Shown here: piece after piece, positions 36,245-44,973 of the stretch
Layout: each line of letters opens with the position of its first letter
Position numbering within the stretch: the first letter of the stretch is position 1
Virus record (IMG/VR): IMGVR_UViG_3300032050_000035
Reading direction: 5' to 3' (one strand)
Length of the DNA stretch: 50,148 bases
Source: a virus
Taxonomy: Duplodnaviria; Heunggongvirae; Uroviricota; Caudoviricetes
Notes under the pieces: generated by a model
Database searches by the model: none
Told to the model about the DNA's origin: nothing
Seen by the model: the letters and a program-made list of their open reading frames with translations, nothing else
Translations under genes and position numbers: made by a program

Positions 36245-37315
36245 TTGATGATATGTAAATTATGTAACAACTCTTTCGGTAGACAAGGAGGATCTTTTAA
36301 CAAACATTTATTAAAAGATCATAATATTGATAATTATAAAGATTATATCTTATTGGTTGATTATAACAACATACACCCATTATGTGATTGTGGTTGTAAT
36401 GAAGAAACAACATACTTTAATAATGAGTTTAAAAAGTTCAAACATGGACATAATAATTTTGTTAAAAGTATAGAAATTGAAAAAAATAGACCAATAGATG
36501 AAATTATTGGTTTGTACAATAGTGGTAAAACTGGTCAAGAAATATCGAATTTGTTAAATATAGAAAAGTCTTATATATTTAAAATCATTAAAAAGTATTC
36601 AAATACTAGGGATAATAGTAAGTGTAAATTAAAATATAAAATAGACGATAGTGTTTTTGAAAAAATCGATAGTGAAGAAAGTGCATATTGGTTAGGATTT
36701 TTATATGCTGATGGATATTTAAATAAAGATAAAAATTCAATAACACTTTCTTTATCGGATAAAGATATAAATATTTTAGAGAAATTTAAGATTTTTTTGA
36801 AAAGTGATAAAAATATTAGAAGAAATAAAAATAAGTCAAGTAAATTTGTAATAGAAAATAAAAAGATAACTAATGACTTGATAGATAAAGGTTTATTTCA
36901 AGCAAAAACGCATATTATAAAATTTCCAAATTTAGAAGACCATTTAAAAAGACATTTCATAAGAGGATATTTTGATGGAGATGGTTGTATAACATATGGT
37001 AAAGAAATTAATAAAAATGCAATAGTTAGCATTGTTTCAAACATAAACTTTTTAAATGAAATTGACAATAATATAGATGTTAAATTTTATTATACAAAGA
37101 GACATAAGTATAAAGATGATAAAATATTAACAATTTCATCTGGTGGTATATGTAATATAATGAAAATATATAGTTATTTATATAAAGAATCAAGTATTTA
37201 TATGGATAGAAAAAAAAATAAATTTGATAAATGGTTTGAATACTACTTCGATAATACCAATCTTAGTAATAAAACCTTAAAAATAAAAAATAGTTTAGGA
37301 TTATGGGGAAAATAA
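36245..37315 (+). CDS. Double-motif LAGLIDADG homing endonuclease with N-terminal Cys/His elements
   Basis: AYWLGFLYADG and FIRGYFDGDG motifs; CKLC...HLLKDH and PLCDCGC. Confidence 0.88.
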   Translation: MMICKLCNNSFGRQGGSFNKHLLKDHNIDNYKDYILLVDYNNIHPLCDCGCNEETTYFNNEFKKFKHGHNNFVKSIEIEKNRPIDEIIGLYNSGKTGQEISNLLNIEKSYIFKIIKKYSNTRDNSKCKLKYKIDDSVFEKIDSEESAYWLGFLYADGYLNKDKNSITLSLSDKDINILEKFKIFLKSDKNIRRNKNKSSKFVIENKKITNDLIDKGLFQAKTHIIKFPNLEDHLKRHFIRGYFDGDGCITYGKEINKNAIVSIVSNINFLNEIDNNIDVKFYYTKRHKYKDDKILTISSGGICNIMKIYSYLYKESSIYMDRKKNKFDKWFEYYFDNTNLSNKTLKIKNSLGLWGK

Positions 37316-37668
37316 TTTTATGTGATATTGACGGAACTATATGCTTTCCGGATATTAAAAATGAAGATTCACATCTTTATCCAACCGCTGAGGTTATAAA
37401 AGGTTCTAGAGAACAGTTAAACAAATGGTATGATGAAGGTCATCACATTACATTTTTTACTGCTAGAGAAGTTAAAGATAGAGATGTTACCATAAAATGG
37501 TTAGATGATAATGGTTTTAAATACCACGGTTTGATAACTGATAAACCAAGATGTATAAATCAAGATGATGAATACTTCTGGATTGATAATAGAAAGGTAA
37601 GAGGAATTACTTATGTCGGAAATTGGGGACCTCTTGTAGAAACAGTTGCGACAATAAAAACAATGTAA
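37303..37668 (+). CDS. HAD-superfamily phosphatase (capless)
   Basis: ILCDIDGTI (DxDxT), FFTAR, K, WIDN. Confidence 0.85.
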   Translation: MGKIILCDIDGTICFPDIKNEDSHLYPTAEVIKGSREQLNKWYDEGHHITFFTAREVKDRDVTIKWLDDNGFKYHGLITDKPRCINQDDEYFWIDNRKVRGITYVGNWGPLVETVATIKTM

Positions 37669-37672
37669 AATA

Positions 37673-39391
37673 ATGAAAGAATTAGTAGTCATATTATCAC
37701 ACGCTGACACAACAGATAAAGTTGATGTTCTTAAAGAATGCTTAGTCGAAATAAAAAAACAAAACTATCCGGTTTTGATTTCATCTCATATTGAAATTCC
37801 AAATGAAGTTAAAAATGAGATTGATTATTTTGTTTATGATAAAGAAAATCCGTTAATCTATCATTGGGAATATCCTAACTTATCACATGTTTATATATGG
37901 CAGACTTATCCTGGTTATAGTCAAACTTATGCTGTTGAATATAATCACTCGTATGCTGTATTAAGATTGATAAAAAATGCTTTAGGTGTGGCATTGGTTA
38001 ATGGATATGAAAAGGTTCATTTTGTTAATTATGATTATGTTTTATATGATTCTTATATTTTACAAAATCATTCAAATAAATTAAACGACTATGATCTATT
38101 TTCATATTACTATGATAAGTTTGAACAAAATAGAGAACATATAAATACCGGTTTATTTTCAGCCAGAACTGAGCCTTTGTTTAACATTTTTAAGAATGTG
38201 AATTCGAAAGAGGATTTTTTAAGATCTAACCAAGGTGTGTTTGAAAAGTATATGTATTATGAAACTATTAATAATGGTTTAACTATGGATAGAGAAGATC
38301 AAGAAATTTTATTAGCAACTCATAATCACATGAATAGTAAGTCAACATTGAAAAATGTTATTGATGATAAAATTCATGTTTATTTAACAAAAGAGAATAA
38401 TACTGATAACTATTATCTTTACATTAATTCAACTAAAGGTGATGTAATCAATGCCGAACTCACATTTAATGGTGAATTAAGAAATTGGAAACCTATTCCA
38501 TACAAAGTTAATCTTCTTAGGCTAGCAAATGATAAACTATCATCTGGTATTAAGTTATATATTCCAGAATATGATTTCACTGATTATTATAACTTAGAAT
38601 CACACCCAGCTAAGTGTGATATATCAGATCCATCATTAATACAAGAATTTGAAGATTGTGAATCAATTAATAGAAATGAAGATTTGAATGAAAAAAGTGT
38701 TTTATTAAATACAACAGAATTAGAAATAAAATCATTTAAAGAGTTAAGTGAATTATATGGAACAGATAAAGTAACATATCATGGATATCATTTCTTTTAT
38801 CCTAAATTTTTAGAATCATTAAGAAATGATGAATTTAATATGTTGGAAATTGGATGGGGTTCTGGTTCGTCTGTTAAGGTTTGGAATGATTATTTCCCAA
38901 AATCTAATATATTTGTTATGGATATAGACATTGAGTACGTAGATGGTCGTCAAAAAGTTATAAAAGGTGATCAATCAAAACAAGAAGACTTAATTAGAAT
39001 AAAAGAAGAAATAAAATCTGCTAAATTCATAATAGATGATGGTAGTCATAATCCAATACATCAATTTAATACATTTACATATCTATTTAAAAATTTATTA
39101 GAACCGGGTGGAATTTATATAATTGAAGATATTGAACTTAGCTATTGGAACCCCGAATCATCATTATATGGTTATGAATCTGGATATTTTAATCTAGTTA
39201 ATGGTTTTAAAAGTTTTCAAGAGATGATTAACTCTGAGTTTACAGGAGTTTCAAACTTTTTAGACATCTCTACCATAAATTATGGTCAAAACTGTATTAT
39301 AATAACTAAAAGAACAGATGAGGAAAAATCTTACTTTGAAAGATCTTATAGATTTTCAAATTGTATATCTAATATAAATCACCATGGATAA
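37673..39391 (+). CDS. Two-domain protein: glycosyltransferase-like N-terminus plus class I SAM O-methyltransferase
   Basis: C-terminal YGTDK..HGY, MLEIG.GSGSS, IIDDGSH, GGIYIIEDI; N-terminal HFVNYDY resembles a GT-A DxD region (weaker). Confidence 0.7.
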   Translation: MKELVVILSHADTTDKVDVLKECLVEIKKQNYPVLISSHIEIPNEVKNEIDYFVYDKENPLIYHWEYPNLSHVYIWQTYPGYSQTYAVEYNHSYAVLRLIKNALGVALVNGYEKVHFVNYDYVLYDSYILQNHSNKLNDYDLFSYYYDKFEQNREHINTGLFSARTEPLFNIFKNVNSKEDFLRSNQGVFEKYMYYETINNGLTMDREDQEILLATHNHMNSKSTLKNVIDDKIHVYLTKENNTDNYYLYINSTKGDVINAELTFNGELRNWKPIPYKVNLLRLANDKLSSGIKLYIPEYDFTDYYNLESHPAKCDISDPSLIQEFEDCESINRNEDLNEKSVLLNTTELEIKSFKELSELYGTDKVTYHGYHFFYPKFLESLRNDEFNMLEIGWGSGSSVKVWNDYFPKSNIFVMDIDIEYVDGRQKVIKGDQSKQEDLIRIKEEIKSAKFIIDDGSHNPIHQFNTFTYLFKNLLEPGGIYIIEDIELSYWNPESSLYGYESGYFNLVNGFKSFQEMINSEFTGVSNFLDISTINYGQNCIIITKRTDEEKSYFERSYRFSNCISNINHHG

Positions 39392-40268
39392 ATTATACAA
39401 AATACTAGACGGTAGAAAAGTATCTGATATAATGTTATCAGATGTAAAAGAAAAAATAAATTGTTTGTGTGAAAACAACGCAATCTCAAGACCGAGTATA
39501 GCAATTGTTATTGTTGGTAATAATCCAGCTTCTGAAACTTACGTTAAGGCTAAAATGAAAGCTTGTGAAAAAGCTGGAATAACCTCTAAACTAATAAGAT
39601 TTGATGATACAATAACAAACTTTGATCTTTATAATGAGATTATTAGACTTAATAAATCGAGTTTAGATGGTTTTATTGTACAACTACCACTACCAGATCA
39701 TATAGATAAAGATGCTATTATACACGCTATTTCTCCTGATAAAGATATAGATGGTTTTCATCCACTTAACTTTGGTAAAATGGCTATTGGTCAACCATCT
39801 ATGAGACCAGCAACACCATATGGAATACTTAAATTAATTCAATACTACAATATTGAAACTAAAGGTAAACACGTTGTTGTCATAGGTCGTTCTAACTTAG
39901 TTGGTAAACCAATTTCAATTATGTTAGGTAATGACTTTGGTATAGGACGATCTACCGTTACATCTTGTGATATAAACACACCAAAAGAATTATTAAAAAC
40001 ACAAACAAGAATGGCTGATATAATTATTGTTGCTGTTGGTAAACCAAATCTACTTACAGCTGATATGGTTAAAGAAGGATCGGTTATTATTGATGTTGGT
40101 ATCAATAGAACAGAAGATGGTAAACTAGTCGGAGATGTTGACTTTGAAAATGTTAGTAAAGTTGCCGGTTATATATCACCGGTTCCTGGTGGGGTTGGTC
40201 CAATGACCGTAGCCGGTCTTATTTTAAATACATTTGAATCTTGGAAGAAAAGAAACCTGATAAATTAG
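39384..40268 (+). CDS. folD: Bifunctional methylene-THF dehydrogenase / methenyl-THF cyclohydrolase
   Basis: VGNNPASETYVKAK, VQLPLP, KDIDGFHP, PATPYGI, GRSNLVGKP, IDVGINR, PVPGGVGPMTV. Confidence 0.96.
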   Translation: MDKLYKILDGRKVSDIMLSDVKEKINCLCENNAISRPSIAIVIVGNNPASETYVKAKMKACEKAGITSKLIRFDDTITNFDLYNEIIRLNKSSLDGFIVQLPLPDHIDKDAIIHAISPDKDIDGFHPLNFGKMAIGQPSMRPATPYGILKLIQYYNIETKGKHVVVIGRSNLVGKPISIMLGNDFGIGRSTVTSCDINTPKELLKTQTRMADIIIVAVGKPNLLTADMVKEGSVIIDVGINRTEDGKLVGDVDFENVSKVAGYISPVPGGVGPMTVAGLILNTFESWKKRNLIN

Positions 40269-40332
40269 TATGAACAATCACTTAACTAAAGAGGAATTGG
40301 AAAGATATAGAGAAATACTTAAATAAATTAAA

Positions 40333-41313
40333 ATGAATATAAACGATTATATTAAAGACTTATCAATTAAAGATAAGAAAACATTATCACAGAAAACATT
40401 AAAACTTGTAGAAGAAGTTGGTGAATTAGCAAGAGTTATTTTACCATACGATTCCGCTCATGGAACTAATCACAGATTCACTGATAGAGATGCTATCTTA
40501 GAAGAGTTGGTTGATGTTTACTTAACAAACATATCTATCTCACACTCACTAGGTTTTACGGATGAAGAGTTTAATGATATGTTGATTAAGAAAAGTGAGA
40601 AATGGGGCTCTCTTCAAGCGAAAGAAGAACAAGCGACCTTCCCTCTGCCATTTGAGATACACGTTACTATTGGTATTGATGAATCTGATAACCTTGATAA
40701 AGTAATTGAGATAGAAAACTTCAAAAGTAATTGTAAAGAAATAGGTGTCAAACCAATTGTAATAGATTTAGAAATAAACGATGGTTCTATACTTAAAGAT
40801 GTTATGACTAGTTCTAAACACTTTGGTGATAATAGAACGGCTTATGAAGAATCTGAAAGAATTTGTCAAGAATTAAGAAATAAAGGATATAAAGTTGTAA
40901 GAAACAAGATCGAAACTGTGCCTTGGCATCCAGCAGCTCCAGTAATTTCAACAGGGAAAGAAATTGAAAATGGTTGTTACTTTGAAGCTCATATCGGAGT
41001 TATTATAAATAATGATGAGAAGAGATCTCTTAACCATTTTGTAAATGATTTTCTTATGAATGATGAGAATGTTGAATTGAGTGGAACTGCTAAACTATCA
41101 CAAAACTTTTTCAAGAAATGTGATAATGGCAAGTTCGTGAATATGTTAACATACAGAAGTAACAATTGTGGTAAAATAAAATTCTTAACCGAAATTGAAA
41201 CAATAAAATATTTACTTGATGAGTATTGTTATGAATATGAAAAAGTAGAAACAGAGTATGCAGTTTATGATACAAATGTTACTCACGATTCAAAATGGAT
41301 ATCAGGCAAATAA
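40333..41313 (+). CDS. MazG-like pyrophosphohydrolase fused to an uncharacterised C-terminal domain
   Basis: KLVEEVGELA...EELVDV; then FEIHVT, RNKIETVPWHP, YFEAHI, EYAVYDTN. Confidence 0.75.
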   Translation: MNINDYIKDLSIKDKKTLSQKTLKLVEEVGELARVILPYDSAHGTNHRFTDRDAILEELVDVYLTNISISHSLGFTDEEFNDMLIKKSEKWGSLQAKEEQATFPLPFEIHVTIGIDESDNLDKVIEIENFKSNCKEIGVKPIVIDLEINDGSILKDVMTSSKHFGDNRTAYEESERICQELRNKGYKVVRNKIETVPWHPAAPVISTGKEIENGCYFEAHIGVIINNDEKRSLNHFVNDFLMNDENVELSGTAKLSQNFFKKCDNGKFVNMLTYRSNNCGKIKFLTEIETIKYLLDEYCYEYEKVETEYAVYDTNVTHDSKWISGK

Positions 41314-41359
41314 AACTTTATATTTATTTTAAATATAAAATAAAAAATAATATTATTTA

Positions 41360-42538
41360 ATGGGAAAATTAGCATTAAACTTCATCTGTAAAGATGAATC
41401 ACACGTAATCGAAACAATGCTTGAAAGTGCCAAAACAATAGTTGATTTAATTGTAGTTAATGATACAGGTTCAACTGATGGTACTCAACAAATTATAAAA
41501 AACTTTGGTGAAAAATACGGAATTCCAACATACGTCTTTGAAAGACCATTTGATGACTTTGAGAAGAGTAGAACTTTTGCTATGGAAAAACTTAGAGAGG
41601 TTGTTAATGAGTTAGGGTGGGATCCTACAAAAGTACACGGATTTTGGTTTGACTGTGATGAAACATTAGTTATTGATTCTAAATTTGATAAAAATCAATT
41701 TAAACATGACCTTTATATGATAAACACATATATTGGTAATATGAAATACACAAGAAATACTTTCTTTAGAGTTTCTTTACCATTTAGATGGTATGGTCCA
41801 GTTCACGAGTTCATCGTGTGTGACCAACAAAATATCACATCTGGTTTAGCTGAAAATATCCATGTTGATGTTAAAATGACGGGTTCTTCTTGGCAAGGTG
41901 ATATTTCACAAAAATATTTAAGTCATGCTCATAAACTTGAAGCTTATATTTCAGCAAATCGTCAAGATCCGAGATGGATTTTCTATACAGCTCAGTCTTA
42001 TCACGATTCAGCTTCAATGAAAGATAATAGAGAAGAGAATGATGAGAGATTGAGAAGAGCTTTAAAATATTATAAAGAGAGAACTCAAAGAAATGATGGT
42101 TATGCTGAGGAAATTTATTACTCTCAATATAGAGTTGGTGCTATTATGCGAATTCTAGAAGAACCTTGGGCTTTAACACATCAAGAACTTTTAAAAGCTT
42201 ATGCTATGGATCCACTAAGAGGTGAATCAATTAAAGTTATTATTGATTATTACTTACAGATGGGTGATTGGCATATGGGTTATCTTTATACTAAGTTTGC
42301 TAAAACAACATTCCATGGTAAAAATCCTTATCCAACAAGATTATTATTTGTTGATGAGGCAACCTATAATTGGAAATTTTTAGAAGCACATGCAGCAGCT
42401 TGTTTCTATACTAATAGATTAGATGAGGCGAAGTCTTGTTATCAAGAAATAGTAAAACTAACAAAAAGTCATCCTCAATATTTTACAGCAGAAGATCTTC
42501 AGAAAATTCAAATGAATGGACAATTCTTCAATAAATAA
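41360..42538 (+). CDS. GT2-family glycosyltransferase with C-terminal TPR-like helices
   Basis: ICKDE, VNDTGSTDGT, DDFEKSR, FDCDE (DxD), GPVHE; helical C-terminus. Confidence 0.85.
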   Translation: MGKLALNFICKDESHVIETMLESAKTIVDLIVVNDTGSTDGTQQIIKNFGEKYGIPTYVFERPFDDFEKSRTFAMEKLREVVNELGWDPTKVHGFWFDCDETLVIDSKFDKNQFKHDLYMINTYIGNMKYTRNTFFRVSLPFRWYGPVHEFIVCDQQNITSGLAENIHVDVKMTGSSWQGDISQKYLSHAHKLEAYISANRQDPRWIFYTAQSYHDSASMKDNREENDERLRRALKYYKERTQRNDGYAEEIYYSQYRVGAIMRILEEPWALTHQELLKAYAMDPLRGESIKVIIDYYLQMGDWHMGYLYTKFAKTTFHGKNPYPTRLLFVDEATYNWKFLEAHAAACFYTNRLDEAKSCYQEIVKLTKSHPQYFTAEDLQKIQMNGQFFNK

Positions 42539-42567
42539 AAAAAACCAGTCAATGACTGGTTTTTTTT
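42537..42567. terminator. Bidirectional intrinsic terminator
   Basis: AAAAAAAACCAGTC-AAT-GACTGGTTTTTTTT. Confidence 0.85.
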
Positions 42568-43267
42568 ATTTATAATCTAATTTATTTTTTTTTATATTTC
42601 TATTTATATACCCACATAAAGGTTGTAAATTTGTATAGTGATTTAGCTTTATAATCTGTTCTTCGTTTTCACCACTAGATATTGGTGTAATATGATCTAT
42701 ATCCCAACCGTAATTTAATTCACCATTATATAAACCATAATTATCCCAAGTCATCCAATTTTCGAATTTGGATTCTATATAAAGTCTAAACTCACTTATC
42801 GAGCATCCTAAAATTTCATTCGTCTTTGAAGTTTTTTTATATCCTTTGTATTTAATTGAATTTTTTATTAAACATTTTATATTACATTGAAATTTGTAGA
42901 TATTATCATTTTTAATTCTATTAAGATGATAATTAGATGAATATTTTATTAATTTTTCTCTATTTGTATTATAATAGTTCTTTTTATATTCTTTATATTT
43001 ATCTTTATTACTATCTCTATATTCTTTACTTCTTTTTAGAACATCTTCTCTATTATCAACATAATACTTTCTTTTTCGATTCTTCTCATTTATTATATCA
43101 TCTTCTGTATATACTCTATTTTTATATAAATCACTTTCTCTCCACTTTTTTGTAGATTTATTTCTACACTCTTTACAAACACCATGGTATCCGTCTTTTG
43201 AATCTTTTCTTTTTCCAAAATCCGTTATCAATTTATTTGATTTACATCTGCTACAAAACTTTTCCAT
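42566..43267 (-). CDS. HNH endonuclease (same family as 18048..18827)
   Basis: FCSRC...VCKEC, WDNYG...WDIDHITP...NHYTNLQPL. Confidence 0.85.
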   Translation of the reverse strand: MEKFCSRCKSNKLITDFGKRKDSKDGYHGVCKECRNKSTKKWRESDLYKNRVYTEDDIINEKNRKRKYYVDNREDVLKRSKEYRDSNKDKYKEYKKNYYNTNREKLIKYSSNYHLNRIKNDNIYKFQCNIKCLIKNSIKYKGYKKTSKTNEILGCSISEFRLYIESKFENWMTWDNYGLYNGELNYGWDIDHITPISSGENEEQIIKLNHYTNLQPLCGYINRNIKKNKLDYK

Positions 43268-43342
43268 GTTATATATATTATTTAATAAAAATGGAAATTT
43301 GACGGAAGCTCAACTTATTTATAATTATTTCATATAATTGAT

Positions 43343-43528
43343 ATGAATGAGGATGATTTAAAATATAAAACACCTGAAAAGATAGAAGAATATCATAAAG
43401 TTATTCAGAAATTAAAAGAAGCTCATGATATTTTTAGTAAGTGTCTTGATGGTAAAAATCGTAGAGGTATCTTAACTGATATCTCAAATACGATTTATAG
43501 AATAAAAAGAGAATATCTAAATGATTAA
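43343..43528 (+). CDS. Small hypothetical protein
   Basis: 61 aa ORF overlapping the DHFR start. Confidence 0.65.
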   Translation: MNEDDLKYKTPEKIEEYHKVIQKLKEAHDIFSKCLDGKNRRGILTDISNTIYRIKREYLND

Positions 43529-43988
43529 GATTATTGTAGCAATGTCAAGAAATAGGGTTATTGGTAATGCCAATACCCTAATCTGGCATTTACCAGAAGA
43601 TTTAAAAAGATTTAAAGAATTAACTACCGGTAACACAATAGTAATGGGTAGAAAAACTTACGAATCAATTGGAAGACCTTTGCCTAATAGAAGAAGTATT
43701 ATCATAACAAGAGATACTAACTATCAAGTAGAAGGTTGTGAAGTTGTAAACTCTTTAGAAGAAGCTTTACTTTTATCAAATAATGATTGCTTTATTATAG
43801 GTGGTGGTGAGATTTATAGACAAGCTTTAGATAAAGCTGATAGAATATACTTAACACTTATAGAAAAAAACTTTGAAGGTGATACAACATTTCCTGAAAT
43901 AAAAGATTGGTACGAATCAAACTGTGAGAATTTCAGTAATGAGCAGTTTAACTATTCATTTATACAATATGAGAGATTCGCATTTTAA
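43521..43988 (+). CDS. folA: Dihydrofolate reductase
   Basis: VIGNANTLIWHLPEDLKRFK, VMGRKTYESIGRPLPNR, IIGGGEIY, FEGDTTFP. Confidence 0.96.
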   Translation: MIKIIVAMSRNRVIGNANTLIWHLPEDLKRFKELTTGNTIVMGRKTYESIGRPLPNRRSIIITRDTNYQVEGCEVVNSLEEALLLSNNDCFIIGGGEIYRQALDKADRIYLTLIEKNFEGDTTFPEIKDWYESNCENFSNEQFNYSFIQYERFAF

Positions 43989-44235
43989 TGAGTTTATACT
44001 TTTTATACAATCTATTGGATTTGTCTATGATAAGTATTCTTTCAATAAAGAATATTATTTATTAGATCAGTATGAAATATATGTAACTATTAGTGGAATC
44101 TACTGTTTAACTGAGAAAGTACAACAAGGAGTTACTAGAACACTAACTACTGGTGCTGTTCAACATTTCAAAAATGATTTAAACTCATTTCGAAGTATAG
44201 TTAGAAATAAGAAACTAAAAGATTTGGGAATATGA
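43924..44235 (+). CDS. Hypothetical protein with C-terminal RNKKLKDL motif
   Basis: ORF ending SIVRNKKLKDLGI; the true start is probably the internal MRDSH. Confidence 0.65.
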   Translation: MRISVMSSLTIHLYNMRDSHFNEFILFIQSIGFVYDKYSFNKEYYLLDQYEIYVTISGIYCLTEKVQQGVTRTLTTGAVQHFKNDLNSFRSIVRNKKLKDLGI

Positions 44236-44273
44236 AAAAAAAACCTACTTTGATTAAAGAGTAGGTTTTTTTT
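44235..44273 (+). terminator. Intrinsic terminator
   Basis: AAAAAAAAACCTACT-TTGATTAAAG-AGTAGGTTTTTTT. Confidence 0.75.
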
Positions 44274-44275
44274 AT

Positions 44276-44283
44276 TATATTTG
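44276..44283 (+). promoter_or_regulatory. Bacteroidota-type -7 element (TATATTTG) upstream of lemA
   Basis: Matches TAnnTTTG 26 nt upstream of the ATG. Confidence 0.55.
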
Positions 44284-44309
44284 TATAAATAATTTTAAAA
44301 ATAGTATAA

Positions 44310-44915
44310 ATGAAAGCAGTAAATGATTTTTTGAAAGCTTACAAAGGATTGATTTTCCTTGTAGTATTAGCATTAGTTGGTCTTAATGGTTGTTCGTCTT
44401 ACAACACAATGGCTAAAATGAATGTAGATGTTGACGCTAAGTGGTCACAAGTTGAAAACGTTTATCAACGAAGATCTGACTTAATTCCAGCATTAGTTGA
44501 AACTGTTAAAGGTTACGCTAAACATGAGAAAGGAACATTAACAGATGTTATCTCAGCAAGAGCGAAAGCAACATCAATCAACATTGACGCATCTAAATTA
44601 GACGCAAATACTTTACAAAAGTTTGAACAAGCACAAGGTGGTTTAACACAAGCACTATCTAAATTGATGGTTGTATCAGAAAAATATCCTGAATTAAAAT
44701 CAGATAAACACTTTACTGAATTAATGACTGAGTTATCTGGAACTGAAAACCGAATTACTATTGAACGTATGAGGTTTAATGAATCGGTACAGTCTTATAA
44801 TGAGAAAATTGTGGTGATGCCACGTAAACTATGGGCTAACGCATTCGGTTTCAACACAAGAGCGTTCTTCAAGGCTGATAAAGGAGCCAACAAAGCACCA
44901 AAATTTAAGTTCTAA
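44310..44915 (+). CDS. lemA: LemA family protein
   Basis: N-terminal TM, WSQVENVYQRRSDLIPALVETVKGYAKHE, EKYPELKSD, ELSGTENRI, YNEKI. Confidence 0.93.
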   Translation: MKAVNDFLKAYKGLIFLVVLALVGLNGCSSYNTMAKMNVDVDAKWSQVENVYQRRSDLIPALVETVKGYAKHEKGTLTDVISARAKATSINIDASKLDANTLQKFEQAQGGLTQALSKLMVVSEKYPELKSDKHFTELMTELSGTENRITIERMRFNESVQSYNEKIVVMPRKLWANAFGFNTRAFFKADKGANKAPKFKF

Positions 44916-44918
44916 TAT

Positions 44919-44941
44919 AGGGGGTTTATCCCCCTTTTTTC
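44919..44941 (+). terminator. Intrinsic terminator or attenuator between lemA and the TPM gene
   Basis: AGGGGG-TTTAT-CCCCCTTTTTTT. Confidence 0.75.
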
Positions 44942-44973
44942 CTTATATTAGCATATATAAATCAAATTAAATT

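Noticed and set aside
36181-37315. Group I intron or intein hosting the LAGLIDADG ORF
   Set aside because: The flanking ORFs are complete and unrelated, there is no room for intron core helices and no intein terminal residues; it looks free-standing
40270-40326. 18-codon mini-ORF MNNHLTKEELERYREILK between folD and the MazG fusion
   Set aside because: Too short to support; could be a remnant or chance
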